From the IMG/VR virus record IMGVR_UViG_3300025598_000039, positions 1 through 62,831 of that record: 62,831 nt of DNA, one strand, 5' to 3'. The translations under genes were made by a program, and so were the position numbers. Source of the DNA: a virus. Taxonomy: Duplodnaviria; Caudoviricetes. The notes under the pieces are model-generated. The model searched no databases. It had not been told where the DNA came from and saw nothing but the letters and a program-made list of their open reading frames with translations. How positions within the stretch are numbered: the stretch's first letter is position 1; every line of letters starts with the position of its first letter. Shown here one piece after another: positions 51,759-59,284 of the stretch.

Positions 51759-52023
51759 AAATATTAAAATCACTAGTATCACTTAGAAATAATGACCAAT
51801 ATGGGTCGCCATCATTATATCTATAAATTAAACTATAGGATGGTGATAAAAATTCATTACACCAATTTTTAAGAGGATTTTGAATATATTTTTTAAGAAA
51901 TTCGCTTGTGAGTGGTGGATAAAATGGAAAACCAAATCTTGGACAAATCTTAATTATTGTTTTTTCTGGTGCTAAACTTATCGTAGAAGTTATTTCAATA
52001 TCATCAAGCGTAGGAAAATTCAT
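51727..52023 (-). CDS. Hypothetical protein
   Basis: 98-aa ORF ending F.LRFG. Confidence 0.55.
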   Translation of the reverse strand: MNFPTLDDIEITSTISLAPEKTIIKICPRFGFPFYPPLTSEFLKKYIQNPLKNWCNEFLSPSYSLIYRYNDGDPYWSLFLSDTSDFNIFMLRFGEHKQ

Positions 52024-52178
52024 TTGTATTCCGAACGTATCTGTGAAATACGTTCATTTAAATAATCAATAATAATTTGTCTAGATGATTCTGGCATGCT
52101 TGTTTTGTTTATTAGTAATTCATTCGAAAGCAAATAAGAAAGCGCGAACTCAATCATTTTTGCAATAGAATATCCCAT
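52020..52178 (-). CDS. Hypothetical 52-aa protein, leaderless
   Basis: TATAAATA-ttgc-ATG; stop overlaps the next start. Confidence 0.45.
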   Translation of the reverse strand: MGYSIAKMIEFALSYLLSNELLINKTSMPESSRQIIIDYLNERISQIRSEYK

Positions 52179-52216
52179 GCAATATTTATAACGGTTTTAT
52201 GAAGGTAGGAAAATTT

Positions 52217-52290
52217 TGGAGCGGACTAGGGGAATCGAACCCCTCGCTGCAGCTTGGAAGGCTGCGGTATTACCACTATACGAAATCCGC
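52217..52290 (-). tRNA. tRNA-Gly(TCC)
   Basis: GCAGC-CT-TCC-AA-GCTGC, GTTCGATT, CCA. Confidence 0.93.
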
Positions 52291-52410
52291 TTATTTTATA
52301 AGGTCAGTAATATTTACGTCAGAAAATAACCACTTGCAAAGAAGTGCAAACCAAAGTACTTTTGTAACAAAATCAAAAATTTTTTCAAACATTCTAAACA
52401 TCTTATACAT
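52291..52410 (-). CDS. Small hydrophobic peptide (about 33-39 aa)
   Basis: MFEKIFDFVTKVLWFALLCKWLFSD.. fills the gap between tRNAs. Confidence 0.35.
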   Translation of the reverse strand: MYKMFRMFEKIFDFVTKVLWFALLCKWLFSDVNITDLIK

Positions 52411-52428
52411 CTTTGCTACTTTCTAAAA

Positions 52429-52512
52429 TGGCGGAGGTACAAGGAATCGAACCATCAACCTTGCGGTGGCAGAGTTTTCAAGACTCTTTGAGCACCTTGC
52501 TCGCATACCTCC
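52429..52512 (-). tRNA. tRNA-Ser(TGA), atypical (8/4-like fold)
   Basis: AGAGT-CT-TGA-AA-ACTCT, long variable arm, G73, CCA. Confidence 0.8.
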
Positions 52513-52516
52513 ATAA

Positions 52517-52592
52517 TGGTGCCGCTTATCTGATTCGAACAGATCACCTATGAATTACTAGTTCATTGCTCTACCAAATGAGCTAAAGCGGC
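52517..52592 (-). tRNA. tRNA-Thr(AGT)
   Basis: ATGAA-CT-AGT-AA-TTCAT; canonical D and T arms; CCA. Confidence 0.9.
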
Positions 52593-52601
52593 ATATTTGA
52601 T

Positions 52602-52678
52602 TGGTGCCCCAGGAGAGATTTGAACTCCCAACATTCGGAACCTAAATCCGACGCCTCTACCAATTGGACTACTGGGGC
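52602..52678 (-). tRNA. tRNA-Leu(TAG), short variable arm
   Basis: TCGGA-TT-TAG-GT-TCCGA; 77 nt. Confidence 0.88.
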
Positions 52679-52699
52679 ATTATTAGTAATATATATCAA

Positions 52700-53161
52700 T
52701 TATACATTCTTGTCAATCTTTTTCTTTTTGCTTTTTCCAGCATGTGTCTCTGTCTGTGCATGACAATTAGGGCAAATAATTCTTAAATTTTTAATATCAT
52801 TATTATAGTGATTACCATCAATATGATCTAATTCTAATGGCGCAGGTTTCCCATTCCATTCAGTTATGCTACATATTTCACAACGATAATCTTTAATTTT
52901 ATCTTTAAGTAATTTTAATCTCAATTTGTGAGCAGAAACATAATCTTTTTTGGCATATGTAAGAGCATCAATATATTTTGGGTCTGATTTTTTGCCTTTG
53001 CTTCCTTGATTACCAGAATAATTGATATTTAACTTTTTAAGATAGGTTTCAAGTGTAGAAGTTTTACATTTTAATTGTTTACAAATGTATGCTTTTGGTT
53101 CATTATTAGTAATCCAATTCAGTATTTCTTCTTTTCTTTCTAGAATATCTAATCTTTGCAT
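52700..53161 (-). CDS. HNH homing endonuclease
   Basis: CEIC..LELDHIDGNHYNN..NLRIICPNCH. Confidence 0.9.
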   Translation of the reverse strand: MQRLDILERKEEILNWITNNEPKAYICKQLKCKTSTLETYLKKLNINYSGNQGSKGKKSDPKYIDALTYAKKDYVSAHKLRLKLLKDKIKDYRCEICSITEWNGKPAPLELDHIDGNHYNNDIKNLRIICPNCHAQTETHAGKSKKKKIDKNV

Positions 53162-53249
53162 TATATTTCCTTAAATGGTAGACTTGCTATTATAGTATTT
53201 AGCGTGTATACCAATTTATATTATTTTTTAAAAAAATAAATAGTTATGC

Positions 53250-53351
53250 ATGTCAAGCGAAAAGTATATAGATTATCTACTTTATTCATTTATTTTAGCC
53301 CATACTTTCTTGGGATGCACAATCATAGCACAAACATTAGCAAAGTTTTAA
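53250..53351 (+). CDS. Small hydrophobic peptide (33 aa)
   Basis: MSSEKYIDYLLYSFILAHTFLGCTIIAQTLAKF after TAAATA; abuts the next gene. Confidence 0.35.
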   Translation: MSSEKYIDYLLYSFILAHTFLGCTIIAQTLAKF

Positions 53352-53352
53352 C

Positions 53353-53976
53353 ATGGACCTTAAACAAATTCAAGGATTATTAGACATGGTTATGAAAGAT
53401 AAAAACGGTAAAGTTCTAAGTCGTAGCGAAGGTGAGGCAGTTCTTAAAGGTCTTGCTTCTATTACAATCACAATCTTTGCCGCACTTCTTGCAATCACAT
53501 CTTGGCTTGGTGGGCAAGTAAGTGGTAGAATTATGGCTGATAATATTGAACTTGGCGATGTATGGAGTTTCTATCAAGCCAAATCTATTAAACAAAACAT
53601 GTATCAAATAAACCTTGAAGATTTAAAAGTCCAAATTGCTGATCCACAAACAGATGCAAGTTTGAAACCAGCATTACAAGCACGTGTTGACAATTACCAA
53701 AAGTATATTGACGTTCTTGAAAGTGATCCAAAGGGTGAAGGCAAAAAAGAAATTATGGCACGTGGTCGTGCACTAGAAGCAGACCGTGATAGTGCTAAAA
53801 AACGTAGTCCGTTTTTTGGTATGGCAGGCACAGTAATTCAAATTGCTATTATCTTTTCAACCACTGCTATCCTTGCCGTTAGTATGGCACTGTGGTATAG
53901 CAGCATTGCGGTTGGTATTATTGGTTTGATTGTTCTAGCAGATGGTATCTGGTATTTCTTTCCACTGCCGTTTTAA
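53353..53976 (+). CDS. Membrane protein, DUF4337-like
   Basis: TM helix, WSFYQAKSIKQ motif, coiled coil, two C-terminal TM helices. Confidence 0.7.
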   Translation: MDLKQIQGLLDMVMKDKNGKVLSRSEGEAVLKGLASITITIFAALLAITSWLGGQVSGRIMADNIELGDVWSFYQAKSIKQNMYQINLEDLKVQIADPQTDASLKPALQARVDNYQKYIDVLESDPKGEGKKEIMARGRALEADRDSAKKRSPFFGMAGTVIQIAIIFSTTAILAVSMALWYSSIAVGIIGLIVLADGIWYFFPLPF

Positions 53977-54602
53977 TTATTTTGCTGTACCAACTTTTTT
54001 AATGCTCTGGTCTTAGCCAAAGATTCTCTTATTTTTTGTTTTTGTTCTTCCGTCTTTGGTTTACCATATTGAGAATTTTTTTCACCTGTCTGGCGAGTAT
54101 GACCTTTTAACTTTTGTTTTGTTTCTTCTGTATGTTTTTTGTTTTTCCATATACCTTCAGGATACTTTTCTTTTTGTTTTATTACTGCATCTAAAGATTT
54201 ATTTTTCATCATGTCTTTAAATTTTTTATTGTAATCAGGATTATTTTCACGTCTTTTCTTTATTGTTTCCTGTGCGTTTTTTGCTGATAACTTTCCATGA
54301 TTTTCATAAATGTTTTTACCAGTGCTGTTTATATAACTGAATCCACCTTTTCCGCCTTCACATAAATTATAAGTTTCTTCGGATATTATAACTAATTTTT
54401 TTTCTGCGGTATTCATATCTTTTTCATTATCAAATATATATAAAATTTCTTTTATAAAGTTTTCTAAACCGTGCTTTTCAATTGCTCTTTTAAGCAACTT
54501 GCCACTACCCATATAACCATCATTAAGGTCTTTGGTTTGATGTTTTCCGATATAATATTTACCGTTTAATTTGTTTGTAATTTTATAAATTGTATAAAAC
54601 AT
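53973..54602 (-). CDS. GIY-YIG homing endonuclease (Seg-like) with NUMOD3-like motifs
   Basis: TIYKITNKLNGKYYIGKH..YMGSG..YNL; KHTEETKQKL. Confidence 0.9.
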   Translation of the reverse strand: MFYTIYKITNKLNGKYYIGKHQTKDLNDGYMGSGKLLKRAIEKHGLENFIKEILYIFDNEKDMNTAEKKLVIISEETYNLCEGGKGGFSYINSTGKNIYENHGKLSAKNAQETIKKRRENNPDYNKKFKDMMKNKSLDAVIKQKEKYPEGIWKNKKHTEETKQKLKGHTRQTGEKNSQYGKPKTEEQKQKIRESLAKTRALKKLVQQNN

Positions 54603-54607
54603 TAAAT

Positions 54608-54660
54608 GTGCCCTTGTTGTAAAATAGTCTTACCTATTGCTATTTATACAACAAGGGCAC
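54608..54660 (-). promoter_or_regulatory. RBS-sequestering hairpin containing a late promoter
   Basis: GTGCCCTTGTTGTA..TACAACAAGGGCAC, 14-bp perfect stem with TATAAATA inside. Confidence 0.85.
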
Positions 54661-54665
54661 TTGTG

Positions 54666-54738
54666 CTGCTCAGGCTGGACTCGAACCAGCAACCCTTCGC
54701 TTAACAGGCGAACGCAACTGCCATTGTGCTACTGAGCA
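54666..54738 (-). tRNA. tRNA-Asn(GTT), CCA not encoded
   Basis: TTCGC-CT-GTT-AA-GCGAA; G73. Confidence 0.88.
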
Positions 54739-54792
54739 TAACTTATATTCTTAATATATATCAACTTTGCAATTCTGTAAAGTATTATTTTT

Positions 54793-54869
54793 TGGAGCCT
54801 ACGAAGGGACTCGAACCCCTAACCCTTGCGTTCGAAGCGCAATATTCTGATCCATTGAACTACGTAGGC
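54793..54869 (-). tRNA. tRNA-Arg(TCG)
   Basis: TTGCG-CT-TCG-AA-CGCAA; CCA. Confidence 0.9.
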
Positions 54870-54880
54870 TTAAATATTGT

Positions 54881-55492
54881 ATGAGTGATAATCCAACATG
54901 GCCATTTGTGCCACTAGAAAATCAACACAATAAAGTTTTAGATAGTAATCCTGCAATTATATTATATTATCCATTAACAGGCGGTGAGTTTTTAGCAAAA
55001 ATTTTGAGTTGTAGTCGCAGTTTGTATGGTGATGATTATATAGAATATCTTAAATCTTACTATGTGCCAAAAGGTAGTGATTGGCTTGATACCTATGAAG
55101 ATGGTCATCATCCAAAATTATATCCAGCACATGCTCGTTACTTTACATTTAATGAGTGGTTGCAATTCGATAAAATAGTTTACATAAATTATGAATTAAC
55201 TGAACGTGAAACAAAGTGGTTGTTATATAGAAAAAACTTTATTGTTAATAGTGTTAGTAATGATTTATTAGCCGATCTACAAATAAAATATGAAAAAGAA
55301 TTAATTAGTTTTTTAGATAATAAAAAAACTTATTATAATTTTCAACTTACTACTTTTTTAAACTCACAAGATTTTGTTACAAATGTTAATAATTGCTTGC
55401 AGTTTTTAGAATATGAAACAATAAACGAAAATGATATTGCTGCATTATATAAAACTTATATGCAGTTAAATTTCAAAATAGGTGGTTGGTGA
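54881..55492 (+). CDS. Sulfotransferase-like hypothetical protein
   Basis: YYPLTGGEFLAKILS motif shared with 57232 and 58033. Confidence 0.45.
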   Translation: MSDNPTWPFVPLENQHNKVLDSNPAIILYYPLTGGEFLAKILSCSRSLYGDDYIEYLKSYYVPKGSDWLDTYEDGHHPKLYPAHARYFTFNEWLQFDKIVYINYELTERETKWLLYRKNFIVNSVSNDLLADLQIKYEKELISFLDNKKTYYNFQLTTFLNSQDFVTNVNNCLQFLEYETINENDIAALYKTYMQLNFKIGGW

Positions 55493-55506
55493 ACGCTGTG
55501 GGGTTC
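55487..55506 (-). pseudogene. 3' remnant of a tRNA
   Basis: GAACCCCAC-AGCGTTC-A-CCA abutting the HNH stop codon. Confidence 0.6.
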
Positions 55507-55934
55507 TATTTTATAAGACCAGAATATCTATGGCTTTCTTTATTTCCATTTCCTTTGTTTAATGCTTTCCATGTTGGCGTTAAAGAATGACAATTTGGAC
55601 AAAGAACTCTTAGATTTTCTTCTTTATTGTTAGAACAATCTCCATCAATATGATCTATTTCTAATGGTGACTTTCCTGTTTTGGGGTTTACTTTATTCCA
55701 TCCACATTCGGAGCAACTATAATTATTTTTTTCTAACAAATAATTTCGTAAAGCAGGTTTAATTCTAAATCCTACTTTATACCCTTTATCTGTTCCATTA
55801 AACCAATCTTCTAATACTTTTTTAGTTTTTGACTCACCGTTACATTTATTACTACAAAATATTCCGTATGAACTTTTTCCATGTGTAAAATTAACGCCGC
55901 AATTTTTACAAACACTTTTTATTTTACTTGGCAT
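55506..55934 (-). CDS. HNH homing endonuclease
   Basis: CKNC..FCSNKC, CSEC..LEIDHIDG..N..NLRVLCPNCH. Confidence 0.9.
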   Translation of the reverse strand: MPSKIKSVCKNCGVNFTHGKSSYGIFCSNKCNGESKTKKVLEDWFNGTDKGYKVGFRIKPALRNYLLEKNNYSCSECGWNKVNPKTGKSPLEIDHIDGDCSNNKEENLRVLCPNCHSLTPTWKALNKGNGNKESHRYSGLIK

Positions 55935-55979
55935 AGGTAGAGTTTCCTTTTATTATATTTATACTCTACCCATATTTTT

Positions 55980-56063
55980 TGGAGGATCGGATGGGACTCG
56001 AACCCATGATGTTTGTATACTAGGTTAAAAGCCTAGGCCGTTCGCCACTACGGTAACCGATCC
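55980..56063 (-). tRNA. tRNA-Lys(TTT), atypical (12-nt variable region, U73)
   Basis: CTAGG-CT-TTT-AA-CCTAG; perfect acceptor and T stems. Confidence 0.8.
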
Positions 56064-56075
56064 AAAAATTCATAA

Positions 56076-56156
56076 GTCAGTGTGCAGCCCCCATCTTTCG
56101 CCCACACCGTGACACATCCCATCGCCATTGCGGATTGTTTACTGTGCCTTACCGTC
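56076..56156 (-). ncRNA. Candidate structured RNA between tRNAs
   Basis: GC-rich island; GGCACA/TGTGTC, ATCC/GGAT, GTCA/TGAC and GTGTG/CACAC pairings. Confidence 0.4.
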
Positions 56157-56164
56157 TTTTATAT

Positions 56165-56240
56165 TGGTCTCCGTGTCTGGCGCTGCCCCAGATTCACCGC
56201 AGTCCAAGTGCGGTATTAATCTTACCCTAACTCCACAGAG
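56165..56240 (-). tRNA. tRNA-Pro(TGG)-like with non-canonical D and T loops
   Basis: CCGCA-CT-TGG-AC-TGCGG; C1:G72, A73, CCA; T loop GGCAGCG. Confidence 0.7.
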
Positions 56241-56246
56241 GTATTT

Positions 56247-56323
56247 TGGAAGCGGCGGGGTGAATTGCACACCCTATCTCCAACTTATGAGGATGGTGAG
56301 ATTTCTGGTTCTCTACAGCCGCA
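56247..56323 (-). tRNA. tRNA-Met(CAT)-like, atypical
   Basis: CT-CAT-AA loop; unpaired 1:72; T loop TGCAATT; CCA. Confidence 0.65.
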
Positions 56324-56331
56324 ATAAACTT

Positions 56332-56419
56332 TGGTGGGACGGGTTGGATTCGAACCAACTCCGTTTCTATGTGTCGGATTTACAGTCCGATGCCCATCCG
56401 CCGTCTGAGCAGCCGTCCC
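56332..56419 (-). tRNA. tRNA-Tyr(GTA)
   Basis: TCGGA-CT-GTA-AA-TCCGA; long variable arm. Confidence 0.88.
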
Positions 56420-56428
56420 AATATCTTT

Positions 56429-56456
56429 ACATTACCACATTTAAATTATTTGTCAA
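56429..56456 (-). promoter_or_regulatory. Internal sigma70-like promoter of the tRNA array
   Basis: TTGACA-N11-TGTGG-TAATGT; further internal promoters at about 52688-52716, 54753-54781 and 60817-60845. Confidence 0.6.
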
Positions 56457-56466
56457 GAGGAAAGTT

Positions 56467-56540
56467 TGGAGCGGGTAGCCAGAATCGAACTGGCGAGTTC
56501 ACCTTGGCAAGGTGACAGGTTACCTCTACATCATACCCGC
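56467..56540 (-). tRNA. tRNA-Gly(GCC)
   Basis: TCACC-TT-GCC-AA-GGTGA; CCA. Confidence 0.92.
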
Positions 56541-56561
56541 ACATAACTATCTATCATTTTT

Positions 56562-57176
56562 TCACATATCAATATAAAAACCAATACGCTTATATTCACG
56601 ATCCTCTACAAATTGTAGTTTTGTAAAATCTACATTTGGATAGAAATCATGAATATTGTATTTTGGCCACACTGGATATGCTACCGTATTGCCATATTTA
56701 AAATCTGGATTTTGACGAAAGTGTATTTCTATAACCTTGCCGCCAATATATTCAATATTAATATATTCATATCTATCAATTAATTCTTTGAATATTTCTG
56801 GCAGCGGTAGTTCATCACTAACACGTTCCCACTTACAAAACTGCCATAATGGTCCGCTATCACGAAAACCTTCAACTGCTAGTATTTGTTTGCCGTTTTT
56901 ATAATCAACGCTCAAATGTCTGCCACTAAATATCTCGCACCAAAAATGTCCAGTAGGCAAATGATGTGTCTTTTTTCGTAAAAATCTAAAACGAGCACCA
57001 CGACTCATACCTGGTATGTTCACGCATGGTCTAGTAATATACAAGGCTGGTTGTGGCACATCTACGCCAGCAGGTCCGCAAGTATAACCTAACTTACGCG
57101 CAACGATAAGTTTATCAAAAACCCACAAATCATTTGTATTTGAATTGCGCCAAGAAGTTGCTTCAATATCTTCCAC
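56562..57176 (-). CDS. ATP-grasp-like hypothetical protein (probable GTG start)
   Basis: DKL..RP..N..GMSRGA..WCE..GRHLSVD..INIEYIG.KVIEIHFR. Confidence 0.55.
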   Translation of the reverse strand: MEDIEATSWRNSNTNDLWVFDKLIVARKLGYTCGPAGVDVPQPALYITRPCVNIPGMSRGARFRFLRKKTHHLPTGHFWCEIFSGRHLSVDYKNGKQILAVEGFRDSGPLWQFCKWERVSDELPLPEIFKELIDRYEYINIEYIGGKVIEIHFRQNPDFKYGNTVAYPVWPKYNIHDFYPNVDFTKLQFVEDREYKRIGFYIDM

Positions 57177-57231
57177 ACTATATTTACTTGCAAAAATATT
57201 AACACAATTTGTTTGGGTTCTAAGTAAATGT

Positions 57232-58032
57232 ATGAGTGATATTGACAATCCTTTTTATAAATTCTACAAATTTATGTCTACAAAGGTAGAAGGGATACAT
57301 GGTTTACGAGAATTTGATCATCATATTGTTTCTTGGTATGGAACTCAGGAATCAAAGATGTCAATTATAGAATCATTCCCTATGGGAAAAAGTGAACTTA
57401 TACCACCAAATTATGAAGATAAAATAATTGGTGTAAATCATGTTGCTGGCACAGGCGGCACTTTTATTTGTCAAGTTATAAGCGCAAGTCCATCTTTATC
57501 TGGTGCTGAATATAGTGAAAAAATGCTTAAAAGCAAAGAAAAGGATACTGTTCGTTGGTTTTTAGCATTTATTGATCGTTGGCATCCAAGAGTTTTTCGT
57601 ATGCATACAGATGATGTTGATATTGAAGATTTACACCTATGGCATAAATTTGTTCATATTTCTTTTGATATGACTCCTGATGAGATAAAGTTATTAACGC
57701 ATAGGCTTTATCATATTACTAATACAAGATTTAATCAAGCTGGTAGAAAATACACTAATGCTGTGATTAGATATCATAAAATATTGCAAAATCATTTACG
57801 AACTGAATATAAAAAACATTTTGAGTTTCCATTTTTGCATTTTTATAACAAAGATAAATTTATTAATACTGCTTTGGCTATGTTTGAATATCTTGAAATT
57901 GAACCAGTTGACAGAGAAATATTAAAAAAAATGTATTTGTCTTGGCAAGATTTAAACCTTAGACACTTTAAAAATTTCCAAGAGGCTGCAAAACAAATTT
58001 ATGCAGACCAAGACACTAAAGATTTGACATAA
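57232..58032 (+). CDS. Sulfotransferase-like hypothetical protein
   Basis: GVNHVAGTGGTFICQVIS; tandem paralogue of the next gene; TAAGTA-N5-ATG. Confidence 0.45.
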   Translation: MSDIDNPFYKFYKFMSTKVEGIHGLREFDHHIVSWYGTQESKMSIIESFPMGKSELIPPNYEDKIIGVNHVAGTGGTFICQVISASPSLSGAEYSEKMLKSKEKDTVRWFLAFIDRWHPRVFRMHTDDVDIEDLHLWHKFVHISFDMTPDEIKLLTHRLYHITNTRFNQAGRKYTNAVIRYHKILQNHLRTEYKKHFEFPFLHFYNKDKFINTALAMFEYLEIEPVDREILKKMYLSWQDLNLRHFKNFQEAAKQIYADQDTKDLT

Positions 58033-58827
58033 ATGACTAATGAATTTTTGAAGTTTTTTAATTTTTTAACTTCTCATAACGATGTTGAAATTACTAAATT
58101 TGATGGTTATCAAAGAATTGTTATGGAACAGCGATTAGATGATAATGTAGGAGTTCTAGAAAAATTTCCTACAGGTGATTCTGATTATGTTCAACCAGAT
58201 TTTAGTCAAAATATTATTGGCGTAAATCATCTAAGCGGAACTGGTGGGTCTTTTTTGTGTCAAGTATTAAGTATAAGTCCTGATTTATCAGAGCAAGATT
58301 ACATAGATAAAATCTGTGAGCAAAAGAATATTAATAGTTATCGTTGGATGCCATACGTAGATTTATGGCATAGCAGAATTTATAGATTACACAGCGATGA
58401 TGTAATTATAACGGATATATCAAAATTTCATAAATTTGTTCATATTTCATTTGACTTTACCGAACCTGAAATTAAAATGATTCAACGGCGTCTTAAACAT
58501 ATACCAAATACTCGTTTAACTGTGCACAGAGGATATGCTGCATTAATTTGTAGATTGCATAAACAATTACAAAACTATTTAAGAATAGAATATAAAAAAC
58601 ATTTTGAATTTCCATTTTTGGCTTTTTATAAACAAAGTTATTTTGTTGATACGTGCAACAAAATGTTTGAGTATTGTGAATTACAAAAACCAAGTGAAGA
58701 TTCGCTAATACGAGTATATAATGCTTGGCATAAAGCAAATATTAGACATCACATGGCTGCTATGCAAGCATTTATTGAGATAGACAAGTTGGCGCACTCT
58801 GAAGGAGTCGAACCTCCGACCTCTTGA
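58033..58827 (+). CDS. Sulfotransferase-like hypothetical protein
   Basis: GVNHLSGTGGSFLCQVLS; shared HKFVHISFD and EYKKHFEFPFL; 3' end runs antisense into tRNA-Arg. Confidence 0.45.
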   Translation: MTNEFLKFFNFLTSHNDVEITKFDGYQRIVMEQRLDDNVGVLEKFPTGDSDYVQPDFSQNIIGVNHLSGTGGSFLCQVLSISPDLSEQDYIDKICEQKNINSYRWMPYVDLWHSRIYRLHSDDVIITDISKFHKFVHISFDFTEPEIKMIQRRLKHIPNTRLTVHRGYAALICRLHKQLQNYLRIEYKKHFEFPFLAFYKQSYFVDTCNKMFEYCELQKPSEDSLIRVYNAWHKANIRHHMAAMQAFIEIDKLAHSEGVEPPTS

Positions 58828-58866
58828 TTCGTAGTCAAGCGTTCTGTCCAGCTGAACTAAGAGTGC
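58790..58866 (-). tRNA. tRNA-Arg(ACG)
   Basis: CTTGA-CT-ACG-AA-TCAAG; CCA. Confidence 0.93.
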
Positions 58867-58871
58867 AACGA

Positions 58872-58949
58872 TGGTAGACCATGTAGGATTCGAACCTACG
58901 TTGACGGAGATTAAGAGTCTCCCGCTAAAACCAACTCAGCTAACGGTCC
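58872..58949 (-). tRNA. tRNA-Lys(CTT)
   Basis: GGAGA-CT-CTT-AA-TCTCC; CCA. Confidence 0.9.
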
Positions 58950-58960
58950 ATGATTTGTAT

Positions 58961-59035
58961 TGGTACCGTCTACTGGTATCGATCCAGTTCTACGAGTGCC
59001 ACAAACTCGTGTGCAACCTTTAACACTTAGACGGC
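58961..59035 (-). tRNA. tRNA-His(GTG), alphaproteobacterial type
   Basis: CGAGT-TT-GTG-GC-ACTCG; G1:U72, A73, no G-1. Confidence 0.85.
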
Positions 59036-59039
59036 ATTA

Positions 59040-59116
59040 TGGTGCTGCTGACTGCACTCGAAGCAGTTTTGTCCACCTTATGAGAGTGGTTCGATGTCCA
59101 CCACCGACCCAGCAGC
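59040..59116 (-). tRNA. tRNA(CAT), Met or Ile2, atypical D arm
   Basis: CCACT-CT-CAT-AA-GGTGG; perfect acceptor and T stems. Confidence 0.75.
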
Positions 59117-59121
59117 ATTAT

Positions 59122-59196
59122 TGGTTGGCACAGTTGGATTTGAACCAACGACCTAACGCTTATCAAGCGTTTGCTCTACCGCTGAGCTATGCGCCA
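59122..59196 (-). tRNA. tRNA-Ile(GAT)
   Basis: AACGC-TT-GAT-AA-GCGTT; CCA. Confidence 0.93.
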
Positions 59197-59202
59197 GTAA
59201 TT

Positions 59203-59279
59203 TGGTGCTCCCTATGGGATTCGAACCCATGATCTCCGCCGTGAAAGGGCGTTATCCTTGGCCGCTAGACGAAGGGAGC
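59203..59279 (-). tRNA. tRNA-Glu(TTC)
   Basis: CGCC-CT-TTC-AC-GGCG; CCA. Confidence 0.92.
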
Positions 59280-59284
59280 ATAAT

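Noticed and set aside
55487-55980. Group I intron or split tRNA carrying the HNH gene
   Set aside because: No matching 5' tRNA half and no room for an intron core. The upstream tRNA-Lys is complete.
52199-59232. ORFs 52199..52426, 56128..56478 and 58960..59232
   Set aside because: They are antisense readings of tRNA genes.
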